DNA of 64,000 nt from a phage, in sequence record PX915676.1. One strand, written 5' to 3'. This document shows, piece by piece, positions 27,116 to 36,475 of this stretch; within the stretch, counting starts at the first letter, position 1; each line of letters starts with the position of its first letter. A program made the translations under genes and the position numbers. The notes below the pieces were generated by a model, which worked only from the letters and a program-made list of their open reading frames with translations, was not told the DNA's origin and searched no databases.

Positions 27116-27141
27116 GCTCAAGGATTCCAAGGAGGAAGAGC

Positions 27142-28932
27142 ATGTCAAAGATCATTTTGGGAGACACAGGTTGTAAGGAATGTATCTCTCATGGTCGTGA
27201 TAAAACCCACAACCACATGATTCTCTTCCGTAACGAAGAGACTGGTGAGGAGTGGGGGAGTTGTAACCGTTGTGGGAATTACGAAGTGTTCGAAAAGGGC
27301 ACTACACCTACTCCAAACGAGAAGAAAGAGTTATCCCCTGAAGAGTTGAGAGAAGTCTTAGATGATTGCTTAGAGCTTCCTCAGGGTGAACTTACTCGCC
27401 GTTTAATCCCTAAAGCTGTATCAGAGCGGTTTGAGTGTCGTATTGGCCTCAGTCAAACTGATGGTCAGACACCAGACAGTTACTTCTTTCCTCGTGAACG
27501 TGATGGAAACATTGTCGGATACGAGGTTAAGCTGCTAGATAGTAAGAAGTTCTATTACGTCGGCAGTGTGAAAGAAGCAGATTTGTTCGGTATGGCACAA
27601 GCTCAACGTGGAGATGTGTACAACAAGAAGCTGTTCATTTTTGAAGACCCGCTATCCTGTATGTCAGGTTTCCATGTCCTTACAGCTTTTACAAATGCAA
27701 CAAATATTAAACCAGCATGTGTTTCTTTACCGTTCGGTGCAGGTTCAATCTCTTCTGTGTTGTCTCGTAACCGAGACTTCGTAAATGGTTTTGAGGAGGT
27801 TGTGCTCTGCATGGACAACGATGATGCAGGTGAGATAGCTTTAACAAAAGGTCGTTCTTTATTCCCTCATGTTAAATTTGCTCGTATTCCTAAAGGAACT
27901 TTCCCATACAACGGTGTGGAGAAAGAGATTAAGGATGCGAATGACATGCTTCTGTCTGGTCGTGGTCAAGAGTTATTCAACATTCTCAAGTATTCAGCAA
28001 AGCGGGAATCTCCTGCTGGTGCTGTAACAATCTTTGATTGTCTTGATGATGCTCTGAAGAAAGCGGAGTGGGGTATCCCGTATCCGTGGAAGACTCTGAA
28101 TGAGATGACCTTCGGTATTCGATGGGGAGAGGTGGTAGCAATTGGTGGTGGAGTAGGGAGTGGTAAAACGCTCATTGCTCACGAGCTGGTTGCTCATCTG
28201 TGCTTAGAGCATGGTTTTAATGGAGGTGGCTTCTTCTTGGAAGAGAAGGTAGGCATGTCTGTTAAGAACATTGCTGGTAAGTCAGCATCAATTCCTTTCC
28301 ACCGACCTGATGTTGAATATGACGAGGAAGATTTGCGTAATGAAGCACTTCGTTATGCAGACAAATTCTTCTTGTATGACAACTTCGGACAGAATGAATG
28401 GGAAGACATTAAACAGTGTATCCGTTTCTGGGTAGTTGAAAACCAGTGTAAGTTCATCATCCTTGATAATATTACCGCTCTGGTATCTCATTTAACACCT
28501 TCAGAGATTAACACTGAAATCAGTAAGATTGCTTCCGAGCTTGCTGGTATGTGTAAAGAATTAGACTTTACCGCTTTCGTGCTATCTCACCTTAATGCTC
28601 CGGCAGGTGGTGCTCCTCATGAAGAAGGTGGGCAGGTACGTGAAGTACAGTTCACTGGCTCTCGTTCTCTTATGCGTTGGTGTCAGTGTATCATTGGCTT
28701 TGAGCGTGATAAGCAAGCTGACGGCTTAGCTAAGAACCTCTCAGTCATTCGATTACTGAAAGAACGTAACTACGGTCAGACAGGTGTCTGTTATACTAAG
28801 TATATCAGCGAAACCGGTAGACTTGTAGAAAGGGAAGACTTTGAAGTTGATGAAGATAATCCATTCGTTTTAACTAACGGAGAGGATGCAGCTTCTCTCG
28901 TCAACCAAGCAGATGGAGCTTCACCGTGGTAA
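27142..28932 (+). CDS. DNA primase/helicase (T7 gp4-like)
   Basis: N-terminal zinc-binding CKEC...CNRCG, TOPRIM-like middle, Walker [10 protein letters not shown] and DnaB-like helicase C-terminus. Confidence 0.9.
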   Translation: MSKIILGDTGCKECISHGRDKTHNHMILFRNEETGEEWGSCNRCGNYEVFEKGTTPTPNEKKELSPEELREVLDDCLELPQGELTRRLIPKAVSERFECRIGLSQTDGQTPDSYFFPRERDGNIVGYEVKLLDSKKFYYVGSVKEADLFGMAQAQRGDVYNKKLFIFEDPLSCMSGFHVLTAFTNATNIKPACVSLPFGAGSISSVLSRNRDFVNGFEEVVLCMDNDDAGEIALTKGRSLFPHVKFARIPKGTFPYNGVEKEIKDANDMLLSGRGQELFNILKYSAKRESPAGAVTIFDCLDDALKKAEWGIPYPWKTLNEMTFGIRWGEVVAIGGGVGSGKTLIAHELVAHLCLEHGFNGGGFFLEEKVGMSVKNIAGKSASIPFHRPDVEYDEEDLRNEALRYADKFFLYDNFGQNEWEDIKQCIRFWVVENQCKFIILDNITALVSHLTPSEINTEISKIASELAGMCKELDFTAFVLSHLNAPAGGAPHEEGGQVREVQFTGSRSLMRWCQCIIGFERDKQADGLAKNLSVIRLLKERNYGQTGVCYTKYISETGRLVEREDFEVDEDNPFVLTNGEDAASLVNQADGASPW

Positions 28933-29483
28933 AGAAAAAGAAGAAAGTGTTTGCATTCGATATCGAGAGTAATGCACTGTACGATGACATAACTAAAGTA
29001 TGGTGTATTTATATCTTTGATGTTGAAACTGGTGAAAGGTGGGGCTATCGGCCTCACCAAATTGAAGATGGGATTCGTAAACTTACAGAAGCAGATGTAC
29101 TAGTGGGTCATAATATTATTGACTTCGACTTACCTGCTCTGAAAAAGATGTATCCCTCTTTGATTAAATATAATTTTAACGTCTTTGACACTTTATGTCT
29201 TAGTCGATATCTTAAACCTGACCGTATTGGTGACAGTCCTGAGTATCCGAAAGGCGACCCTAGACGTGGCCCAAGAGGTCATGGTTTGAAGCAATGGGGT
29301 GAGTTCTTAGAGGAACTTAAAGGTGACTACGGTGAGCAAGAGGAAGCATGGGATGCTTTCACTGAAGATATGTTTACTTATTGTGAACAGGACGTTAACT
29401 TAACTGTTAAGGTTTATCTTTTCTTGTGTGAACTCACGGGATTTGACCCTTACGACCCACCTTCATTATATTGGAAAATGTAA
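28926..29483 (+). CDS. DNA polymerase I family 3'-5' exonuclease subunit (T7 DNAP N-terminal homolog)
   Basis: Exo I FDIESNAL, Exo [15 protein letters not shown], Exo [11 protein letters not shown] collinear with T7 gene 5 residues 1-185; GTG start with GGAG SD overlapping primase stop. Confidence 0.85.
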   Translation: MVKKKKKVFAFDIESNALYDDITKVWCIYIFDVETGERWGYRPHQIEDGIRKLTEADVLVGHNIIDFDLPALKKMYPSLIKYNFNVFDTLCLSRYLKPDRIGDSPEYPKGDPRRGPRGHGLKQWGEFLEELKGDYGEQEEAWDAFTEDMFTYCEQDVNLTVKVYLFLCELTGFDPYDPPSLYWKM

Positions 29484-29484
29484 A

Positions 29485-30798
29485 ATGATTGTTATCCCGA
29501 TTAACCAAATTGAAGATAAGGTTGCTCAACAACCTGATATCACTGTTGGTCGTCACTTCATTGAACAGTTGATTAACAACAACTTGATTCCAGATGGTAT
29601 CTGTCCCATCATTACTGGTGGGGCTGTTCGTGATGCTGTCCTTAATAACATAGCTCCACATGACATTGATATCTTTATTGTCAGAGGACAAACACCAAGA
29701 ACTCAAAACACTTTCATCCCAACTGATCGTTGGCAAGAGCTTGGACGGGAGATTGAAAGTAATGTGAAGGAATGGCTAGAGTCACAAGATATTGAATATG
29801 CATCACTTCTTGCTGAAGCTACAAACGAATCCTATGCTGGGGGTTCTCAATTAACATTCACTGATATTATTGAGTTTCAGTGGAATGGGGTTCGTATCCA
29901 ATTCATGTTTAATTATCCTACTTCTATTGAAGAGGTATTGGATAATTTTCCTATGATGTGCCGTGGTGCGATGACTCTTGACAACTTATTCATGACTTCT
30001 CACGGATATTTGGCTATGACTTCCCCTTGTCCAGTGGTTGTCTCTAGTCGTGAAATCAGGTATGTTCACAAGAAGTGGCCTAACTCACAAGTGTTGAGAT
30101 TTTCCTCTCCAGCAGTTGCGCATCAATACATGGCCCAAACTCGATATCTTCCCACACCTCAGCCAGTTAGTCATCTAGTCAATGGATTAGGTCAGGTTTC
30201 TCTTATTGAAGATACAACAAGTGCTCTATATTGTGTTAACCGAGACATGAGTCGATTCTTTGGAATCCCTTATGAAGAGATTCAGATTATGTCTAGTCTT
30301 CACGGTTCTGGTCAGATTCATGCGTATTGGTCTGAGGGGTTGACAAATTTAACGACTAACACGGGTGGTGATCTGCTTGGTCGAGAAGAGGAACCTAACC
30401 GACACAATGCAATTGAAGGGGTGTTTGTAGCCCCTGCAATGCGTCGAGCACAAGAGTCACGAAGAGAAAGCCCTACTCGTAGAACATCTTTTGAAGAAGC
30501 TCTTGGTATTACAAGTGATTCTATGGAGCGATGGATGGCTAGACCCTCTCGTGGTCGACCAAACGGCTTAACTGTTAGCGCACGTCAGTTCTCTGGTCAG
30601 GGTTTCGCTGTTGGTGATATCAACGCCCCTTCTCGTGTTATCTGGACTGATGAAGGTATGGAACAAGATTTGGGAGATAGTCTCGCTGATCGCTTTATTG
30701 CTAACAACCCTGAAGTATTAGAACCTCAAACCCGTACAGTTCGGTTTGCCGATGAAGCGGGTCGTGGAATCTCTTTTGACATGGAAACAAATAACTAA
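29485..30798 (+). CDS. polymerase beta-superfamily nucleotidyltransferase (CCA-adding/poly(A) polymerase-like head domain)
   Basis: ITGGAVRDAVL...HDIDIF matches GGxVRD and DxD motifs of class II tRNA nucleotidyltransferases; remaining 350 aa unrecognised. Confidence 0.55.
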   Translation: MIVIPINQIEDKVAQQPDITVGRHFIEQLINNNLIPDGICPIITGGAVRDAVLNNIAPHDIDIFIVRGQTPRTQNTFIPTDRWQELGREIESNVKEWLESQDIEYASLLAEATNESYAGGSQLTFTDIIEFQWNGVRIQFMFNYPTSIEEVLDNFPMMCRGAMTLDNLFMTSHGYLAMTSPCPVVVSSREIRYVHKKWPNSQVLRFSSPAVAHQYMAQTRYLPTPQPVSHLVNGLGQVSLIEDTTSALYCVNRDMSRFFGIPYEEIQIMSSLHGSGQIHAYWSEGLTNLTTNTGGDLLGREEEPNRHNAIEGVFVAPAMRRAQESRRESPTRRTSFEEALGITSDSMERWMARPSRGRPNGLTVSARQFSGQGFAVGDINAPSRVIWTDEGMEQDLGDSLADRFIANNPEVLEPQTRTVRFADEAGRGISFDMETNN

Positions 30799-30807
30799 GG
30801 AATAAGA

Positions 30808-31341
30808 ATGAGTTTACTAGGAAGTATTGAACTGCATGATGTAATTGACAATGGCTATCTGGATGCGGAGCATAAGTATGTTAACGCTGCTAGTGTGGAT
30901 ATCCGTATTGGTGATACTATCCTTGTTGAAGAACAGGCTGATGGCATCGTTGATATTGATGCGAAAGAGAATCTTCAGTGGAAGGAAGTAAAGATTCCTG
31001 AAGAGGGTTTGGTTATCACTCCGGGTCAGTTCTTCTTGGCTCACTCTATGGAGGAGTTTAACCTTCCAGATAACATCTCAAGTCTGTTTGTTCTGCGTTC
31101 GTCTATGGCTCGTTGTGGTTTGAACCACCTTCACGCCGGTTGGGCAGATGCAGGATTTAATAGCAGTAAGCTGACATTTGAATTCCATAACGTAACCAAG
31201 CACCACAGCTTACGAGTTCGTGCTGGTATGCGTGTTGGTCAGATGGTTATGTTTGAGCACTCTCATGCAGGGGAACACTCCTATGCAGTGAAGGGTCGTT
31301 ATAATAACTCTGAAGGTGTGGTTGCATCTAAAGGTGTGTAA
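30808..31341 (+). CDS. dCTP deaminase family protein
   Basis: ASVDIRIGD and AGWADAGFNSSKLTFEFHN resemble dCTP deaminase/dUTPase motifs. Confidence 0.75.
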   Translation: MSLLGSIELHDVIDNGYLDAEHKYVNAASVDIRIGDTILVEEQADGIVDIDAKENLQWKEVKIPEEGLVITPGQFFLAHSMEEFNLPDNISSLFVLRSSMARCGLNHLHAGWADAGFNSSKLTFEFHNVTKHHSLRVRAGMRVGQMVMFEHSHAGEHSYAVKGRYNNSEGVVASKGV

Positions 31342-31539
31342 ATGAAAAAGTGGATTGTTCGTGTACATGATAACACGACTGGAGAGTTAGTAGCTGTAGA
31401 TTTTGTTAAGACTCGAGAACACGCACGTAGGGTCAAAAATCAATACAAGTCTACTTTTAGACTTAACAAGGTTACAATTGGAAAAGCTATTGTGAATAGC
31501 GAAGGTGCTTTTATTGCCAACAGTAAGGTTTATTATTAA
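31342..31539 (+). CDS. small protein, tandem paralog 1 of 3 (C-terminal KVYY)
   Basis: Track ORF; shares W-rich N-terminus, TRE(H/E)AR motif and SKV.YY end with next two ORFs. Confidence 0.55.
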   Translation: MKKWIVRVHDNTTGELVAVDFVKTREHARRVKNQYKSTFRLNKVTIGKAIVNSEGAFIANSKVYY

Positions 31540-31748
31540 TGAGACCGATCACTATGAGACAATTTTGGTTAGCAAAGATTAAGTGGGTATCAGGTGGCAT
31601 GACTATGACTGCACTACCCACTCGCCAACAAGCTCGAGATTTTAAAAAGACTATGCTTACTGGTGACGTGGTCAATAGTATCAGTATCCATAAGGCCAAG
31701 GAATATTCCTCTGGTCGTGTTTATATCAGCGGAAAGGTACACTACTAA
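31539..31748 (+). CDS. small protein, tandem paralog 2 of 3
   Basis: Track ORF; same pattern (ends KVHY). Confidence 0.55.
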   Translation: MRPITMRQFWLAKIKWVSGGMTMTALPTRQQARDFKKTMLTGDVVNSISIHKAKEYSSGRVYISGKVHY

Positions 31749-31957
31749 TGAAAAAGATGTGGGCTATTAGAATTGTTTGGGAACGTGAGCAACACCTAGG
31801 CAAAGATAATATCAAACTGTTTGAAACTCGTGAAGAGGCTCGTATTGCTAAGAAGGAGTTGAAGACTCTGATCGGAACTATTAAAAGTGTTGACATTCAT
31901 CGCTGGTACGAAGACCCTAGCTCGGGTTCTTTTATGTCTAAAGTAATTTATTACTGA
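31748..31957 (+). CDS. small protein, tandem paralog 3 of 3
   Basis: Track ORF; same pattern (ends KVIYY). Confidence 0.55.
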   Translation: MKKMWAIRIVWEREQHLGKDNIKLFETREEARIAKKELKTLIGTIKSVDIHRWYEDPSSGSFMSKVIYY

Positions 31958-32029
31958 TTGGTAGTAGATATGGTAACTCTCAAATGTATATAGAGTACAA
32001 TAAGAATTTGTATTTTACAGGAGAGAGTT

Positions 32030-32359
32030 ATGTTAGATTTGAGTAAAGTGGCCCCGCCCACTGAAGAGATTACAAAATCCAAGGTGATGCAACAGTTTTA
32101 TCATCGTGATATGCTTGGTCGCTTTATCAAGAATCGTGATGTTGTTGCTTGGTCTATTGGTAATCAGGGATATCTGTTGAAGGTTCTTCAGGTTACAGGT
32201 TCAACTGCTAAGCGAGTTAAGGTGTATGACCCTGAAATGGGGCGTTCTAAGTCAGTAGACCCACAGAACTGCATCGTAATTACCCAGCAGGTAATGGATA
32301 ATATTGCACGTAATGTTGCTAACTCAGTTGAACTTGATGGAGAAAACCCAAATGCATAA
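32030..32359 (+). CDS. hypothetical protein
   Basis: Track ORF 109 aa. Confidence 0.55.
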   Translation: MLDLSKVAPPTEEITKSKVMQQFYHRDMLGRFIKNRDVVAWSIGNQGYLLKVLQVTGSTAKRVKVYDPEMGRSKSVDPQNCIVITQQVMDNIARNVANSVELDGENPNA

Positions 32360-32915
32360 GAATGTCTTTGATTTACCTGAGATTGGTCGTGACAGTTATA
32401 GTATGTTAGACCGGTCCGACCTATCAATCTCTCGCCTTGAAACGATGCAAGGTATGATTAGTGGAAACAGCCTAGAACACATCCTGAGCTGCTTACAAGC
32501 TAACATGGAACTCTTGCATATCAAAGCTAAAAACTACCACTGGAACGTCTCTGGTGCAGGATTTCAGGGTGTTCATGGTATGTTTGATGAGCTGGAAGAT
32601 TACGCACGACAGGTAGGAGATCGTATTGCTGAACGTATGCGTTACCACTGTGTTAAAGTGGATGCTACAGCAGCTAACTACCTCTCTCATTCTTGGTTCT
32701 CAGAGGGTAATGCTGATCTAGACATGGACGGTATGCTCTCTGATATGTGCATGACCTTGATGTGTATTATTGAGAAGATGGATGAGTTTGATGGTGATTT
32801 AGCCACCTACCCTGTCGATCAGAGTATGCTTCAAGAAATTAATGAAGGTCTTGGCAAGTATTGCTACTTCGTCAAGAGCAACATGTCCCATTCAAGTGGT
32901 GACGTGTCTTACTAA
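32352..32915 (+). CDS. Dps-like ferritin-fold protein
   Basis: Track ORF trimmed to ATG 32352 with GGAG SD; LHIKAKNYHWNVSGAGFQGVHGMFDELEDYARQVGDRIAER matches the Dps ferroxidase-site helix pattern. Confidence 0.65.
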   Translation: MHKNVFDLPEIGRDSYSMLDRSDLSISRLETMQGMISGNSLEHILSCLQANMELLHIKAKNYHWNVSGAGFQGVHGMFDELEDYARQVGDRIAERMRYHCVKVDATAANYLSHSWFSEGNADLDMDGMLSDMCMTLMCIIEKMDEFDGDLATYPVDQSMLQEINEGLGKYCYFVKSNMSHSSGDVSY

Positions 32916-32976
32916 AAACCTCCGCCCTGTCTCCTAACCCGAGGTGGGGCGAACTTATTTATAAGGATATAGATAT

Positions 32977-33156
32977 ATGTTATCAGCAATCGTATGGGGT
33001 ATTTGGGCTATCTTTATTGGTGGTGGTATTTATTGGGCTTCTGGTAAGCTTATTGAAGAAACTCCTGATAAGAAAGGTGAGATTCAAACAGCATCAACCA
33101 TCATGGTTATCGTAGCTGTTGTTATCCCATTCCTGCTTCACCTCCTGACTGCATAA
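32977..33156 (+). CDS. small membrane protein (59 aa, two hydrophobic segments)
   Basis: ATG with AAGGA SD; below track cut-off. Confidence 0.4.
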   Translation: MLSAIVWGIWAIFIGGGIYWASGKLIEETPDKKGEIQTASTIMVIVAVVIPFLLHLLTA

Positions 33157-33164
33157 GGATTTAC

Positions 33165-33440
33165 ATGTCTAAAGTAATTAAGTTTTATAGTGATCAGTGT
33201 GCTCCATGTAAAGCAATGGCTCCTACCTTTGAGAAGGTTGTTAAGGAGTTTGATGTAGAAGTGGAAGAGATTAACATCCTTGAAGGTGATGGTCGTGAAC
33301 AAGCTGTTAAGTATGGTATACGAAGCATCCCTGCTTTTGTTGTGCCTGACCGTAACAGTGGTGCACACTACAGCCTCTCCGGTATGCAGACTGAAGCAAA
33401 CCTGAAAGCATTTTTGGACACAGCCCTGAGAAATAAGTAA
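33165..33440 (+). CDS. thioredoxin/glutaredoxin-fold protein (CxxC)
   Basis: Track ORF; active-site-like CAPC near N-terminus, about 90 aa. Confidence 0.7.
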   Translation: MSKVIKFYSDQCAPCKAMAPTFEKVVKEFDVEVEEINILEGDGREQAVKYGIRSIPAFVVPDRNSGAHYSLSGMQTEANLKAFLDTALRNK

Positions 33441-33455
33441 TAAGGATATTCACGG

Positions 33456-34112
33456 ATGAATGAACAACTACAAGCAACATTAATCGAAGCTATGGGAAGT
33501 GATCGTAGCGTAGTAAACGCAGCTCGAGTTTCCTTTGGCGTAACCCGTGAAGGTGATTTAAATGAACGTGATGAACGTCTCATCAACTTCCTCGCACGGG
33601 AAAAACACTGTACCCCATTCCGACACCCGCAAGTCAGCTTCCGATGCAAAGCACCTATTGCAATTGCGAGACAGCTGGGCAAGCATCAGGTTGGATTCTC
33701 GTGGAACGAAATGTCCCGGCGGTATAAAGATGGAGCAGTTGAAGTCTTCATCCCTAAAGAGATTTTTGCGAGACCTTCGGACCTCCATGCAGGTTCAGGG
33801 ATTCAACTCATCGACGGAGAGCGAGCTGAAGCATTAATGCTGATTAACGATGCATATGAAGCTTCTCTAGCAGCATATGACAAGTTGATTGAATTTATTG
33901 CACCAGAGCAAGCTCGATTTGTTCTTCCTCAGGGGATGATCACTGAGTGGGTGTGGACCGGTTCTTTGTATGGCTGGTTTGAGTTGTGTCGTCAGCGACT
34001 CTCCTCTCACGCTCAATATGAAGTTCGAGTGTTTGCTAAATCTGTAGACGAAGAGATGGCTAAGATCTACCCAATCTCGTGGGCAGCCCTGAAGAAAACT
34101 TTGGAGAGTTAA
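33456..34112 (+). CDS. thyX: flavin-dependent thymidylate synthase ThyX (variant motif)
   Basis: AARVSF, TPFRHPQVSFRCKAPIAIARQ, SWNEMSRRY and SHAQYEV match ThyX blocks; canonical RHR triad reads KHQ here. Confidence 0.8.
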   Translation: MNEQLQATLIEAMGSDRSVVNAARVSFGVTREGDLNERDERLINFLAREKHCTPFRHPQVSFRCKAPIAIARQLGKHQVGFSWNEMSRRYKDGAVEVFIPKEIFARPSDLHAGSGIQLIDGERAEALMLINDAYEASLAAYDKLIEFIAPEQARFVLPQGMITEWVWTGSLYGWFELCRQRLSSHAQYEVRVFAKSVDEEMAKIYPISWAALKKTLES

Positions 34113-34261
34113 TATTGGAAGAAGATGATGATGATGTGTTCTGCACCAAGTGCGGAATGACAGTGGATGATGCATATGACCCAAGTGTAGAAATTTGTCC
34201 ATGTTGCGGGGTATGTGAGTATTGCTGTTCTCATAATCCAGAGGATTAGCAGGAATTTCTG

Positions 34262-34495
34262 ATGAAAATCAAACATATTACAGATATTCAGGAGGCATTT
34301 AGGATGCTTCCTCGAAGAGAGAAGGATAAGATTAAAAAGCTTATTCAAGTTTATGGTCATACATCTAAAGATGATGTAGACTATATGCCTTCTACTTTCG
34401 TAGAGTGTGGGATTGCTCGCGGTTTCACATTCGACCATAAAGTGTTTCAGCAATTCGTTGACCACTGGAGAAAAGATGGAAAAGAAAGTCTGTAG
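34262..34495 (+). CDS. hypothetical protein
   Basis: Track ORF 77 aa; ends with TAG. Confidence 0.5.
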   Translation: MKIKHITDIQEAFRMLPRREKDKIKKLIQVYGHTSKDDVDYMPSTFVECGIARGFTFDHKVFQQFVDHWRKDGKESL

Positions 34496-34661
34496 CTTCT
34501 GTAAGAAAGAGAAACCTATCGCCAACTTCAAACCTAACCCTGTAACTGGTCTGACCCATGTCATGTGCCACTCTTGCAGGATATATCTTGAAACAAAGCA
34601 CACTATCAATAGGTTGCACTATTATCACCCAACAACATTCAAATTTAAGGTTGTGAAATGA
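34476..34661 (+). CDS. small zinc-ribbon protein
   Basis: Track ORF trimmed to ATG 34476; CSFC...CHSC. Confidence 0.45.
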   Translation: MEKKVCSFCKKEKPIANFKPNPVTGLTHVMCHSCRIYLETKHTINRLHYYHPTTFKFKVVK

Positions 34662-34981
34662 TTGACAGTAATACATTTAGGACTTCAAATGGAAGTGAAA
34701 TAAGTCCCGCTGAAGTAATCAATCGGCATAGAAGGCAATTGATCATCCATTCCTACTTGTATTACTGGTTGGATGACCCTATCTGGTCTGATGATAAATG
34801 GCAACAAGTTGCTAATGATCTAGCGGAGCTGCAAGCTCTGTATCCAGAACCTACTGGAGTCTTTGACAACGAGTTTAAAGATTGGGATGGTTCTACAGGT
34901 ATGCATCTCCCACATAACGAAGCTGTTGCTTGTATGGCGACAGCTGTTTACAGACTTCATAAAGAGGTTAACGTCGCATGA
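34658..34981 (+). CDS. hypothetical protein
   Basis: Track ORF 107 aa. Confidence 0.55.
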   Translation: MIDSNTFRTSNGSEISPAEVINRHRRQLIIHSYLYYWLDDPIWSDDKWQQVANDLAELQALYPEPTGVFDNEFKDWDGSTGMHLPHNEAVACMATAVYRLHKEVNVA

Positions 34982-35178
34982 GCGTAGTTTATGTTCTAGA
35001 AAGATACGCTGAAGATCACAGCAGTATTGTTGCCATATTTAAATATGCCCCGGATGTTGAGGATATTTTGAATGTGACTCACTTAACTGATGTTGATAAA
35101 ATCAAAGACCTCATCAGGAATGACAATGCCCACATAGGTGACTCTCTGTGGTCTCTTACTGAATGGACATTGTGGTGA
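34978..35178 (+). CDS. hypothetical protein
   Basis: Track ORF 66 aa. Confidence 0.5.
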   Translation: MSVVYVLERYAEDHSSIVAIFKYAPDVEDILNVTHLTDVDKIKDLIRNDNAHIGDSLWSLTEWTLW

Positions 35179-35360
35179 AGTGCTCTAAATGTGAAGGAAC
35201 AAACCTTCATTTAAGTAACAAGGTTATCAGAGAGCTTGCTAAAGGCTCTCCAACCAAAGGGAAGAACAAACGATTTACTAACGTCAGGGTTTATACAGCA
35301 ATCTGTAAAGACTGCTTAACTACTGAGTGTCATTACGAAGAAATTGGAGAGCGTAAATGA
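35163..35360 (+). CDS. small zinc-ribbon protein
   Basis: Track ORF; CSKC...CKDC. Confidence 0.5.
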   Translation: MDIVVKCSKCEGTNLHLSNKVIRELAKGSPTKGKNKRFTNVRVYTAICKDCLTTECHYEEIGERK

Positions 35361-36094
35361 GTCGTCGTCAATCACGGAAAGAATCACGGAAAGACCTTCG
35401 TCGGGAAGCACTTGTTACTCGTAAAGGTAAGCGAGAGTATGAAGAGGTTATTTTAGCAAAGCCTGTAGTCCCTCAGAACCAGTTTCAGTCTGAGCTACTC
35501 AATGCTATTAAGACTAAACAAGTTGTGTTCACAGACGCTCCTGCGGGCTGTGGTAAGACCTTTGTAATCACTTCCACGGTTATCGATGCACTGAAGAGTG
35601 GTAAGATTCAGAAGATCATTCTGAGTCGCCCTTCGGTTGGCATGGGAAACTCTCTTGGGTTACTTCCGGGAGGAATGCGTGAGAAGTTTGAACCTTACCT
35701 GATGCCTATCATTGATGTTATTACTCAGCGATATGGTAAGGGATTCTATGAATGCCAAATCGGAAATGGTAACATTGAATTTGTACCTCTGGAATATCTC
35801 CGTGGTCGTTCTTTCAATGATGCTATTGTTATTGTTGATGAGTTCCAGAACACCACTAAAGATGAAGCCTTCTCGATCATGACTCGATTGGGAGAAACCT
35901 CTCAGCTGTTCTGCATGGGCGATACTAACCAGCATGATATGCGTGGTCGTGAGAGTGGTCTTACTTGGGCTACTAACTTTATTGATGAACATGATCTGTA
36001 TGAGTTTGCTGAGATTGTAGATGGTGAATCAGATGATATTGTTCGTTCTGGTTTCTGTAAGGCGATTGTTAAAGCAATGGAAAAGAAAGCTTAA
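35357..36094 (+). CDS. phoH: PhoH-like ATPase
   Basis: Walker A DAPAGCGKTF and Walker B VIVDEFQN as in PhoH family. Confidence 0.85.
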   Translation: MSRRQSRKESRKDLRREALVTRKGKREYEEVILAKPVVPQNQFQSELLNAIKTKQVVFTDAPAGCGKTFVITSTVIDALKSGKIQKIILSRPSVGMGNSLGLLPGGMREKFEPYLMPIIDVITQRYGKGFYECQIGNGNIEFVPLEYLRGRSFNDAIVIVDEFQNTTKDEAFSIMTRLGETSQLFCMGDTNQHDMRGRESGLTWATNFIDEHDLYEFAEIVDGESDDIVRSGFCKAIVKAMEKKA

Positions 36095-36105
36095 ACAGTA
36101 ACTTA

Positions 36106-36114
36106 TAATGTATA
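36106..36114 (+). promoter_or_regulatory. TAATGTATA motif (candidate phage sigma-dependent promoter element)
   Basis: Exact 9-mer about 37 nt upstream of ATG 36151; same 9-mer at 43133 (+) and 52851-52859 (-), each upstream of a gene start. Confidence 0.45.
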
Positions 36115-36150
36115 CTCCTTAGTGTACACTGATATATTAAGGAGTTTTAA

Positions 36151-36465
36151 ATGGCAGATCATGTAGGAAAGAGAGATTATGCACAAGAAAGACGTACCGC
36201 AATTGCCCGTGGTGAGACAGGCGTTGGGAGCAAGAGCGGAGATGCTCAGCGCCACCGTGCACGTCGCATCGTTGAAAAGCGCGATGGAAAAGCTGCTGTC
36301 AGAGGTAAAGATGTTGGACACAAACGAGCTGTCAAGTCTGGAGGCTCTAATGCGTCAAGCAACTTACGTGTTGAATCAGTCAGCTCAAACCGTTCAAACG
36401 GCGGCAAAAGTGGTGATCGAGCTGGAAAAGCAGCTGGAGCACGCAAAGGAGCTTTAAGCTCATAA
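36151..36465 (+). CDS. highly basic Gly/Ser/Lys/Arg-rich protein
   Basis: Track ORF; AAGGAG SD; G-first/T-third codon periodicity favours this frame over overlapping ORF 36179-36457. Confidence 0.5.
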   Translation: MADHVGKRDYAQERRTAIARGETGVGSKSGDAQRHRARRIVEKRDGKAAVRGKDVGHKRAVKSGGSNASSNLRVESVSSNRSNGGKSGDRAGKAAGARKGALSS

Positions 36466-36475
36466 AGAGGTTATA

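Noticed and set aside
33456-34112. Interpretation of the ThyX homolog as a DNA-hypermodification hydroxymethylase
   Set aside because: No supporting genes (kinase, transferase) recognised nearby; the KHQ variant alone is insufficient
36179-36457. Alternative-frame ORF overlapping 36151-36465
   Set aside because: Not annotated as a feature because codon periodicity favours the other frame; kept as a finding since both have SD sequences
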